Of a stretch of 64,000 bases of DNA, positions 49,501 through 61,850 are shown in pieces. The stretch is taken from the NCBI GenBank assembly GCA_951406725.2, contig OX597829.1, positions 51,584,001-51,648,000 on the forward strand, given 5' to 3'. The position numbers and the translations under genes are program-made. Within the stretch, counting starts at the first letter, position 1, and each line of letters begins with the position of its first letter. Below the pieces are notes generated by a model. That model was not told where the DNA came from, searched no databases, and saw only the letters and a list, made by a program, of their open reading frames with translations. Source of the stretch: Octopus vulgaris (taxonomy: Eukaryota).

Positions 49501-52500
49501 ATCAAAATTTTAAAAAATATCTTCAAATTAATAGAATATTTTTTTTTATAAGAAAATCTATAAATGATCACTTTTGAATATTCAAAAGTGTTATCAGTAC
49601 AAGAACTCTTAATATCATACTCAAGGAACAAACACAAATATACATCTGGAAATAATTTTTCAAAATAGATTAAAAGTTAGAAGAATACAAAAATTGTAGA
49701 AATGAAATCCTGATTAGATAGACCAGTAAAACACCATCTAACTAAACAGAAATACATATATATTTTTTTAAACCTTTAACATTGAAACGGACCATAATTG
49801 GCACAAATATTCTACCAGTTTTATGTTGAAGCCAGACAGATCCAGCTTCTCACACTTACCCTACAATGTCATTCTAAAACTAAACCATCACATCATTGAA
49901 ATCTCAAAGCTATGAGATAATGCAGGATTAATTCAAAGCAATGCGAGTTAAATAAGCATTACATTTGACAGAATAATCTGAATGCTTAAGGGTTGAGGAA
50001 CAGTTGAAGAAGACAAAATTTAAAATATCTTCAAATGCTGAAGTAAATATGTAAAGAGGAAAAGCTAGAAAAAAACCCCAAAAAACAAAGCTTAGCAAAG
50101 AATTCAGAAATCTTTTACATAACATATAAGTTAAAGTAAATTTTAAATTCATTCTCATCTTTTAAGATTCACAAATCAAGAATCCATTAACATATCTCAT
50201 ATATATACACATAATATAATATATATTTATATATATATACCGGATGTTAAATGATGATGATGATATACTATACTATATATATATCATAGTATCATTGGAT
50301 AAATCAGACCTTTGGATGTAGTTATACATTGCTGATCACAATGCACTTTGCACTGTTTTAGGTTTCAAATGATTCCACTCTGATGGCAAGGCTGGTTCAC
50401 TGGAGGGTTACCCATATACCACTGAGTGGACCAGAGCAACGAGAAATGAAGTGTATTGCTCAAGAACACAATGTACAGCCTGGTCCAGAAATTGAACCCA
50501 TGATCTAGCAACCATGAGTGCAACACTTTAATCACTAGGTCACATGCTGTCATAGATGTGTGCATGTGTGTGTCCCCTTATAAATTAATTAGCTCCCCAG
50601 CTCCCTGGTAAATTTGCTGTTGCTCAAATAAAAATAAATACTAATATTTTCAGATATACAGTTACGTTCATTTTTAAAGATTCCTTTACACTAATTTTCT
50701 TTAGGAACTTTATTCTGAGAATTTGCCAAATTCCATTTATTTTATATTGCAATTACTTTTGTACACTTCCTCTGGTGATATTTTATAGTCACTTTTTCTC
50801 CTTCTCTTCAGCTTTTATCTGGTTTTCACAGGCGGTGAATTTGTAGAATTGCAAAAGCATCAGATATTATACCCTACAATATTTGTTCTGACTTTCTCTA
50901 CACTCTAAATTCAAATCCTGGTGAAGTGAACTCTGCTAAAATGGTAAAATTGCCTTGTAGTGTTTATCCCAGCCCTTTGCTTACTGATCTCAACAAATCC
51001 TACTTTGGTGATAGATCTAATCCACTACCTGGTTTAATACCACCTCCTGGCTCTCTAAATGCTTTCTATTACAGAGTTCCCTCTGTCACAAGCTTTTGGG
51101 CCAGGCCTCTAGTTTGAGGGCAACATCATTGCTCCCTCCCATTGGTTTTATAGACCCTGTAATGGGTCATGGACACTGTTTTCCCTCTTGACTAAACGAA
51201 AAGAAAAGTAAAACTCAAAAACAGAAAAAGATCTATATAATTTGTGCACTCATAACTCACTCCAATCAAGTGAATTTTCTAACAGATCTAAACACAAATA
51301 TTTGGAGGGTCCTCACTAATCTAATCATGGCCCATTGGAGTGTGGCCATGCTGGGGCACTGTCTCAACAGGTTTTAATCAAACAAACTGACCCCAGTACT
51401 TATTTTGTTGGGATTTTATGCTGAACCACTAAGTTACAGGGACATAAAAAAACCAACATGGGTCGTCAAGTAAGGGACAAAGAAACACACACACACACAC
51501 ACAAAGATAGGCTTCTTTCAGTTTCCGTCTAACAAATCCACTCACAAGGCTTTTGGTTGGCTGGGGATATAGTAGAAGACACTTTCCCAAGGTGCCATGC
51601 AATAGGACTGAACCTGGTACCATGTGGTCGAGAAGCAAGCTTCTTGCCACGCATGTTTACTTTTTCTGAAAATTCTAGTCAAAAATTAAAAAACTAAAAA
51701 TAAAATCTTAAAAAAAACCCAAACCAACAAAATCATGGGAGTCTGTTCACAACTAACACTTGTTTTTAGAAACTCCTAACCATGTTATTTCAATTAACCC
51801 CCATGATTCCTAACTGTCTGAGACCACTCCTGTTTTTCATACATAAATGCCATTTTAATCCTTTTGATATCAGCCTGTCTAAGACTGTCCTTGTTCTATA
51901 ATGCCATCTTCTTATTTTGAAGTGATTGAATTAAAAAGCTTCTGGTAAAAATTTGATGTTAATTTATGTTTCAAACTAACTTAATGATAACAAATTTATT
52001 TTAATGTATTCTTCATTATTTTAAAAATTAATTGACTAAAAAAATATGTATATAGTACAAAAAGTATTCGTATTTAAATTAATGACTCATATAATTTCAG
52101 GGAAGAACCACTTGTGTTTCAAACCCTGTTCCGTGATTTCCTCTTCGGAAAGGCATGAATATCACAATATTCTGTTCCCACTTAAAGCTTTCACGTTACA
52201 TCTCCTTTGTAAGAAACCATTATTAGCCAGCAAGAAACAATTGCGTGCTTGCTCGACCTGCAGCAAATAGCAGCCAAATCTTCCTAAAAGCATACTTTAT
52301 TGTCTAGACCTAGGCATGTGTTTTTAATTTTTGGATAAGAGAGGGTTGATGTAAATATTACTTTTACCTTTTAAACATAACTGCTAAATAGCTTAACATA
52401 AATGTTGAAAAAAGAACCCTTTAATCAACAAATGTGTAGAGAGCACCTTCTAAGATATATATATGATGTTCAATAAGTAACTCCTGAACTGTTTTACTGA

Positions 52501-54681
52501 TTCCATTTAGTAAACTGCAGCAGTGTCAGAAAATTAACAGAATTATCAGCTTTCTTTAATCAAGTCAGTTCATTTGGTAGAAACAAATTACCATTTTTTA
52601 AAAATTGTGTTTAAAAAATACTTTAAAGGAATTTTTTTTCAAGTATTTCCCCTTTTTTTCTTAGCTTCAATACTTCAAGTATATAGATCTTTGGCATGCA
52701 TATATATATATCATCGTAAAGTAAATACCACCATGACCAATATCCAAACTACAGTGGAGAAGGCTAACCACTGGATTTGGTTAAAAAGAGACGATGAGCA
52801 ATGTCTAGAAGAATATTGAGCTTTATTTGATAACTAGTTGACCTAGCAAGTGGGCCTCATATCAGTGAGTGGGGCTGGTGTGCATTGATGCCATCATGAG
52901 GCAGGCACCAAAATGGCATGCATTCTTTCCTGAAGACCCTATGCATTTGCTCTGGTATACAGAGCTCTCATCTGGAAGCACTTGCATGTGCAAGTTGTTT
53001 GCAAAACATATATATATATATAAATAAGGATAAGCATATTAAAAGAGGTCCATGGGACAACTCATTTAAATAAAAGGGGTCCTTGTTAGTGAAAAGGTTG
53101 GGAACCACTGTTCTAAAGGCACCAAACAGTCAGGTGGGTTAAGTCTACCTCTCTAAAACAGGAATGAGATCTTCTAATAGAACTCTACACACTTTCTGCC
53201 TACAAAATTTCGCATATAAGTCTTTGTTTGGTTGAATACACTTGCCCAAAGTGAAATATAAAACTCTGTAATGGCAAAGTGAACTTCTTAAATACAGTTT
53301 ATACAGAAAAGGAAATTTTTACATTCTGTCAGTTATAGAAAAAATATTAGTATTATTTTTTCTGATGTAAATACAATCCAAACAAAGACAAAGATAATTT
53401 TATATTAATAGTGTAAGTCTATATATAATGTAAGTACTCAAAAGAAATCACTAGGAAAGTTTCTAAACAAGAAACAAAGTTAAAAGTGGCAAATAATTAA
53501 TAGGTTAGCTAATTTAGTTTTAAACAATCTAAAGATGGATTATATGCAAAAATCTTACTTAATCAAATCTGCTAACACAATTTTAGATCTAAGAATTAAT
53601 TGCTACAGATATTCTTTTTAAAAAAAGAAGTTGCAAAACATTTTCACACACATTTGTAATGACTAAAACAAATGCAATAAAAATATTAATTCCTATTTAA
53701 GATGATCCTTGTATTTTTGGTTAAAACTGATCAAAATCTTTCCAGCTATGTCCAACCGTTTTTTTTTTAATATATATAAACCACTGTATCCTTCCAACTT
53801 GAAAAAGTAGGGGCAATTTGAGAGAAGTTTGGCTTCTATTTCTCTAACAGGTGAAATGACTGACTGCATAGGGGATCCCACAAGGATAATTCTTGTAGTT
53901 TACTATCACGTACATTTCTAATGAAATATATTTGGAAACACGTTTTATAACTGGAACCACATAATGTTTACTGAATATATTAGAATCAAATGGAAACCAA
54001 AAAAATTAAAATTTAATTTCATAAAATATTTTGCAACCAACCCCCATGATTTAAGTTGATTAAAGTTTAATCTAATGTACTTAATTCATCACTTCAGTAT
54101 ACTGTTTGAAAGTAAGTATAAGAATATCTCAAAGACAAAGTTCCAGAGAAAGCAAAAAAAAATGTTACTTTAGTTTACATTCCATAATTTTAAGTAATTA
54201 CAACAAAGTTTGAAATGAGATTCCAGACCACTTATCAGGATTCCTCAAACTAAAAACTTTCTCTGTTCTTGAAAAAAAGCATTTAATTTATTAATTTGAT
54301 ACATTGAAACGTTAAAGAAAACTTAAAGTTTTGGTGGCATATGTAACTTGGCAATATTATTTGCCAAGCAATATGTGAATGGGGGAATAAAAACAAAAAC
54401 AAATCCATTTTATCTTAAGTGCTGTTGTATAATTAAACATGAATCATAATTAGAAAAAAAGAATATAAATTAAACAAGGAGGCCAATGTTGCATTGTTAA
54501 AGGTATGGAGGTTGAAAGATACATCTCAGGGTGCTTTTATGATACCATTTCTAAATTTGTCAAAGCAAGCTTAGTTAATCTATAGCGTAATAATTTTGGA
54601 TCAAAATTTTTCTGACGTTAGTGAAACCAACAAATATATAACACAAGAGATATTAGTGAAAACTTGGTAAAGCATACACAC

Positions 54682-54791
54682 CGGTCACGTGATTGATGTA
54701 ATAAATGCCAATGTTAGAATCAAAAGACTGCTCCCAGCCATAAGGTAATTCATTGCCAATACAGTCTGCAAATGTCTGAGGCTTAGTCTCC
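54682..54791 (-). CDS. kibra: KIBRA coding exon 2 (WW2 domain)
   Basis: Acceptor ttggcag; (R)[36 protein letters not shown] plus G; donor GTGTGT; 110 nt. Confidence 0.95.
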
Positions 54792-54883
54792 CTGCCAAAG
54801 AAGATAAAAGTAAAATCAATTTTAGAGACAGCAAAATAATAATATTTATAAGACGCAGTTAAATAAACTTTATATACATTGTA

Positions 54884-55203
54884 ATATACACACACACACA
54901 CACACATATATATATACATATATATACACACATATATATATATATACATATATATATATACACACACATATATATACACACATATATATATATATATACA
55001 TATATACACACATATATATATACATATATATATACACACATATATATATATATATATATACACATATATATATATATACACATATATATATATATATATA
55101 ACATATATATATATATACACACACATATATATATATATATATACACACATATATATATATACACACATATATATATATAATATATACACACATACACACA
55201 CAC

Positions 55204-55254
<51 letters not shown>
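54884..55254. repeat. Compound (TA)n/(CA)n microsatellite, about 370 bp
   Basis: Seen directly; it generates the spurious YI/CV-rich ORFs. Confidence 0.97.
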
Positions 55255-55255
<1 letters not shown>

Positions 55256-58200
55256 CAATGTCATTTTGTTAACTTAGAGCAAGCAGTAGTCAGAGGTGTT
55301 CCACGATGAACTTCCTGGCATGACCTCTGCTTCCAAAAGATTTTTGATGAGTGAAGAACATTTTACTCGAGGTGTATTACTATGATTATATGCTGAAATT
55401 TAAAACACAAAAATAAAAACAGAGACGGGGGGAAAGGTTGCTAGCGTATATTCTCTCTGATATTTGTGAAAGTTATTTATTTAAAACAGGAAACACAGGT
55501 GGGGGAGGTACTATAAAGGAAACTTAGCGGAAGAAACAAAGTTAATTACATACGATAGCCTGCGCTTCTCATCCATGTAACTAATTTTACAGGAAGCAAA
55601 TATAACCCCTAGTTGTAGGGATACCTTTAACTCGTGAAAGGACTAAATAGTTTTAAAATTAGTTTTCCTATTTCCCTATTTGACTTGTCGAAATTAGAAT
55701 CTTAGTTTTAATTGCAAAAAATACCTTCACTAACGAATAAAGTAGATCACTAATTAAGATTATAAATTATTAATTCAATTACTTGACAGATTCATTTTTC
55801 CGGCAAAGGAATAATAAAAAATTAAAAAAAACTTGGGGTCACGATAGTTTAAAACTACTTTGATCCTTAACCAAAATAATAGTTGAGAATAAACAAATAA
55901 ATAGATTGTGATAAATTTCACATAGAAAACTGAAAAAAAGTCAAAAACTAAATGAAAAATATTCAATTCTATCTTGTGAAATTGTGCGATGTCTTGAGCC
56001 ATGAATCAAATCAAGTCAGGAGTTAATTTTGAAACCGAACATTAAACTTTCTAATTTTAAAATATTTATTAAGTTTAATATAGCTATTTTATTTTCTAAC
56101 TTATAATAAAGACTTAAAGATTGTGTGTGTGGGGATAGAAATTACTGTAATATCAAACTATTCAAGACATTTCCGGTATAAAATTATGAGTCAATCGGAT
56201 CAGTAGATGTCAAAAAAGTTAAGGTAATGCCAAGCTTCAATTCCAGTCTCTTTCCACCTTTACTAGTGTAAATCAACCATTTTTAAAAATCTTTACAGTC
56301 ATTTCGATGCCAAAGAACATGCAAGAGGAATAAAACTAAAACTATTTCATAGGAATTCCACCCACCCACTCAATTGAGTTATCTTCCCCCAGAAAATAGT
56401 TCAAAAAATAAACAAAACTTTTTTTGTGAAGACAATGGTACTTTCTAAAGCAAGAACTCAACAAATGGTTAAATAATCCATTTGGATATTATACAATCTC
56501 ATTTCATTTACGAAAATATTTAGTAAACTTTGTAATTTAGAAGTTTAAAAAAAAAATTTTTTTTCATCTAATAAAAGAAATGTCTAGATGAAAGATAAAT
56601 TTAATATTTCATAAACCAAGCATCGAAACTTTGTGAGTGTGTGTGTGTGTATAAAGAGAGAGACATATAAACACACACTCACACATGCATACACATCTAC
56701 ATACATACAAACAAACAAACAAAAGTACAAACAAAATATTTGAAGCCCCCCAGGCTTCGTAATTTGCAGGTGCTTACTGATTTTGTAACTATTACAGCAA
56801 ATAGCGCACTAAGAATGATTTCAAAATGATATAAACATATTAAGCATACCACTATTGCAAAACTATGTATGCACTTTTAAATGCGCCTACACGTTAGATT
56901 TCTTAGGCAATGAGAATAAATCTTTGGTTGATTGGTTCAAAATAACCGAAACCAATTCTTCTATTAGCAGCTGACAAATCTGATTTGAAAACAACAGCTA
57001 TCACCAGTTAAATAGTGGAGCATCGTATACATATATTATGTTCGTACACCAAGAAAACATTTCGGATGGTTGTCATTTTAAACTAAATATAAATTCCTTA
57101 ATACACGCGACAAGCACATGCCTTCCTTCACAAGAAGGAAAAACGGAATTATTAAATATTTGTTCGAAAAGCTGTACTATTATCATTTCTAAGAGAATTT
57201 ATTCTATAGTTTGAAAAATAATGATGATCATGATGATGATAATAAAACCAAGTCAATTAAAATAAGTCCTAAAATTAAAACTATTGTATTTCACACGTTT
57301 TTACTGTCTAGAAACGAACCTTTGAAGTGTGATAAATTTGATCCACAAAGGAATGTATGTTAACAGCTCTTTCACTAAGTGTATAGTAATTCAGTTTAGG
57401 GCAAAGTAGTTTAAGAACTTTTATGAGCTATCATTTTTTTATTTTTTTAACGTTCAACTCTTATAAATAGATTCCTTAACATAAGTGGCGAAGATCATTA
57501 CAAAGGATGTTTTCTCGAGGAAATATTTCGGTCAACTGACATGTTGAAACCTCAAAAATAGTAATTTACATTCTAAAGTATTTAATGTTTATCAATACCC
57601 TTTCGAACAAGGCATTAAATTAGGAAAAAAAATACAAAACTAAATTATACTAGAACGATATATAAACTAGTACACGAGATCAACCAACCGGAATAAAAGT
57701 AAAAAAAATAAAAACATTTAGGAACTAAATGCGTTTTACTCCTCAGGAATTTCAAGGAAATGCTAGAATATCTAGATATTGTTACTTCTTTTAAAAGCTA
57801 AATATAGATTAGTTTCTTCTGTTAAAAGTAATGTAAGAAAAAGTAATTTATATGCATCTAATCATCTTAAATATGAAATAAACTCTCTTAAGTACAAGAA
57901 ATTGAGCAAGTTCCCATGGACAAGATGAAAGTGGTATGATATCAGCAGCTCACATACATACAAATATACACAAAAGTTGGCTTTTTTTAAATAGTATAAT
58001 AAAAAAGGAACGGGGTTGTTTCTATCAGTCACTAAGATAAGAACAGCCGAAATTAATCACAATTGTGTCCATAGTTCCTTGAGGGGAGGGGGAAAGAAGA
58101 CAACTTTTGTAATGGACAAGAGTATTACTGAAGAACTTTTAGTGCGCAGAGGAATGGTTGGTCCGGTCTATATTTTAAGGAGATGGAATCTAGAACCAAG

Positions 58201-58852
58201 GTGGAGGTAAAAAAAAAAATTAGTAAGTAAATAAAACCAAAAAAAGAATTAGATAGCAACAAAGAGGGGGAAAATATTGGCAGTGAAGTCAGCGACGGAA
58301 GCTGAAGAATCTGCGGTCATTGTTTTCAATAATTATACTCTTGAGAATAAATAATACGTTATGGAAATGGCTTTGCAGAGATGTCTTCCAAGTTTGTGAA
58401 AGTGGAATGTATAGTAAACTAGGAAAGCGGAAGAGGAATGGATAGACATTTAGATCTAATGTCTGAAAATAACCAAAGCTGCTCATTGTATTAATAATTA
58501 TAATTATAATTGTAATAATAATGATAATAAAACTTTCTAATATAAGCACAAGGTCTAATAAATAATAGACGTAATTTATTTTTTCATTAACGCACCAACA
58601 TCATGAGTTTTATTTTTGTTGGGGAAAGAGAATGCAAAAAAATGAATCGCAATAAGTAGTAATAAGAATAAACAAACATAATTTTGTAATCTTTCGTCGC
58701 AAAACTAACAAAAAACAACAAAAAAACAGGCATTTATTAAGTCTATAAGAAGACAAGGATATATCCGATATTCCACAGGAAGCTGACAAACTATTTACCC
58801 CCTCCCTCCATAACAGAATTTCAACACACACACGCACTCTCACATAATATAC

Positions 58853-58914
<62 letters not shown>

Positions 58915-60142
58915 TTGTTTGCTGGAGATGGCCTATGTATGTGTGTATGTATATATATATATATATTTATATATATGTACTTGTTTGCATACACATTTTC
59001 ATGAGAACTGATTAAGATTTCAAGTTAACATTTGAGCTTATTATTATTAATTGTATACTTTTTAATTATACGTATAGATAAAATTAAAACAAAAAACAGG
59101 CATATATATATATACCAATCTTTGGTAGAAACATATCTAAGTTTATATATATATATATCCCGTTAATAAACAGCAAAGAAACTTGGTAATTTGACTTCTC
59201 TTCCTTCCCTCACAAAACTCTCCGGCCTGCATTCTTGCAAAGAAACAAGACTTATATATTTATGCAAGTGCGAGCAAGAATATCTTATACAACAGACATG
59301 TATTCAAGGCAGACTATTTATTCATCAATGCATTAATCTGTTCACATTAAAGGGGGAAATGCTTTTTTAATTTTTTACTCTATAGACCCACTCATTATAT
59401 ATATATATAAATATATATATATATAAATCCATATGCGTATATATTTGTCTGTGTGTACGTATATGCAGGCATGCTGGAATGAGTGTGTAGTCGATCTACG
59501 CGGGTGGGAGTTAGGGAGTAAGAATGTATACATTCTTATCGACACAAGCATTTCGACTAACGTCCCAGACACTCGCACTTGTCTATTTATCTCTCCCTAG
59601 ATCACACACACGCACGCACGCTCACACACACACAAACATACATACATATATATATATATATTAACTTTGTTGGGTACTTCACTGGCAGTATATTGGATGT
59701 ATGTTATCCCATGGAGGGTTGAATTTGCAACCCCTATCTCAATTTGTATATATACATATATATATATATATACACATGTGTAATTATACACATACATATG
59801 TATGTGTGCATGTATGTATGTATGTATATAGTGTGCATGTATGTATGTATGTGTGTATTCACACACATTGGGCTTAGAACACATGCATTAATTACCCCCC
59901 GAATACTCAGGACGATCACTTGTTAAAACAATTAGTCGGACCTCAGTCTACCCGATGCACCCCCGAAAATATATATAAACAAATCTCACAAGGGCAGAGA
60001 AAGCATTCAAGCAACAATGTTGTATATGAAGACAGTAATGGCAATAATAATAATAATAATAAGCATACTAACAACAACAACAACATTGGTAATGATAGTA
60101 AAATGATTGTACAAAAGAAAAGGGGGTAAAAATGATAACTAC

Positions 60143-60270
60143 CTGTCGCGCGGGTCAATCCATGTCGTTTTCTTTGAATTGTGGTCAATGTAGAATACCT
60201 TTCCATCGTAATCGGTTCCTTCCTCCCATCCTGCTGGTAGGGATAGGTCGCCATTCCTCCATTTAGGCAT
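60143..60270 (-). CDS. kibra: KIBRA coding exon 1 (WW1 domain)
   Basis: ATG at 60270; [42 protein letters not shown] plus AG, donor GTAGTT; 128 nt, phase 2. The supplied ORF track misses this frame. Confidence 0.96.
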
Positions 60271-60669
60271 TATTTTCAGCCACAAACTACGTGAGATTAG
60301 ATAGACAGATAGATAGATGGAGACAGGACAGACAGATAGATAGACAGAAGGAGAGAGAGAGAGACAGAAGGAGAGAGAAAGAGACAGAGACAGACAGAGA
60401 GAGAGAGGAAGGAAGAAAGAGAAAGAGTCACGTTACTCACACACACGCTCACACATTCGCAAAAAAAAAAACACAGCAAACAGCTACATGGCGGAATTTT
60501 CCATCTTCGTTGACTTCTTTAAAAAATTATATATATTTTTTTTTATTACTACTATTATTACGGTGATTATTATTATTATTATTATTACTCGCCTTGTTGG
60601 CTTTTGGCTGGCAGAGTTTCGAGATTAATACTAATGCTTCGTTGGATGTACACGACTCTTACTGGCCTG

Positions 60670-60677
60670 TGACGTCA
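60670..60677. promoter_or_regulatory. Palindromic CRE (TGACGTCA), 400 bp upstream of the KIBRA ATG
   Basis: Exact consensus in a repeat-free stretch at the likely promoter; function untested. Confidence 0.45.
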
Positions 60678-60689
60678 TTTACACCGTAA

Positions 60690-61419
60690 CAGCTCTCACT
60701 CTCTCTCTCACACACTCTCTCCCCTCACTTACTCTCTCTCTTTCTCTTCCCCCCTCCCTCCAACTTGTCTCCTCTCACCACTTCTTCAAACTTCCAGCTA
60801 GTATCACTACTGCTGCTACTCCTACTCCCTTGTCCACCTTAGTGTGTGCGCTCCCCTTCCCTCCTACTTCTAAAAATTCAAAACTTTCTCCTCTGTCTTC
60901 TGCTTTACTCCTACTCCTACTCCTTCTCCTCCCTTATTCGTCTTCTCTCCTCTTACTTCTTCTAATCGCACCGACTCCGTCTCCCTCTTCGTCCCAATCG
61001 TTGTTCGCATACCACATCAGAATGATGTTAGTTCCTCTCTTTCTCTCTCTCCCTCCCTCCCTTTCCCCTCTCTCTCTCTCTCTCTCTCATCTTGTTAATT
61101 GGTTCTCTGGCGGAGTTTTTACTTGTCTGCAGACAGACAAAACTTTTTTGGCTTGTTTTTCTTCTTCTTCTTCTTCTTCTTCTTCTTATAATATTTCCTC
61201 CTTTTTTTTTTTTTCTTTGATTATTATTTTTTTATTTTTTATATTTTTTTCTTATCCCCACAACAGAAATCTAAACTCTCTCCATCCTTAGCAAATGTTG
61301 CTATCTCTTTTCCTTTTTACTTTCTTTTTTCTTCTTCTTCTTCTGACATTCATCTGTCCACCTTCCCACTCCTCCTCCTCCGCCTCCTCTCCTCTTCTGC
61401 AACATCTTCGCTACTTCAT

Positions 61420-61454
<35 letters not shown>

Positions 61455-61603
61455 CCCTTTCCCCCCTCTCTACATAATTCTCATAACTCTTATTTATTTC
61501 CCTCTTTTGCAATTTCTCTCTCTCTCTCTCTCTCTCTCTCCCTTCCCCCTTTCCTCCCTCTCTACATAATTCTCATAACTCTTATTTATTTCCCTCTTTT
61601 GCA

Positions 61604-61648
<45 letters not shown>

Positions 61649-61850
61649 CTTCCCCCTTTCCTCCCTCTCTACATATTCTCTAACTTTATTTATTTCCTTC
61701 TTTCTCTCTCTCTCTCTCTCTCTCCTTTCCTTCCCTCCATTCTCATAACTCTTATTTATTTCCCTCTTCTCTCTCTCTCTCCCTTCCTTCCTAAATCTTT
61801 CTCTCTCTCTCTCTCTCTCTCTTCCCCTCTCCCTCTCTCTCTCTCTGGTT
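60690..61850. repeat. Long pyrimidine-rich (CT)n low-complexity region with a degenerate tandem repeat of about 95 bp (61450-61790)
   Basis: Recurrent ccctctctacataattctcataactcttatttatttccctct units separated by CT runs. Confidence 0.85.

Larger units (their letters stand above)
1..60270 (-). other. kibra: KIBRA/WWC-family gene, 5' portion (10 coding exons in window; continues beyond position 1)
   Basis: Spliced translation begins [63 protein letters not shown]...EDPRVQWR...KYDPDLLKAD. This is the tandem-WW plus coiled-coil N-terminus of KIBRA/WWC1. All introns are GT-AG and in phase. Confidence 0.97.

Noticed and set aside
19950-53110. hAT-like termini cagtggttcccaa (19950) and ttgggaaccactg (53098-53110) as one giant element
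   Set aside because: They are 33 kb apart, span three host exons and have no matching 8-bp TSD; they are separate MITE fragments.
54653-55264. 203-aa ORF, the longest in the track
   Set aside because: Mostly translated TA/TG microsatellite; only 54682-54791 is real (KIBRA exon 2).
59943-60254. 103-aa ORF overlapping exon 1
   Set aside because: Wrong frame; the WW domain is encoded from the ATG at 60270.
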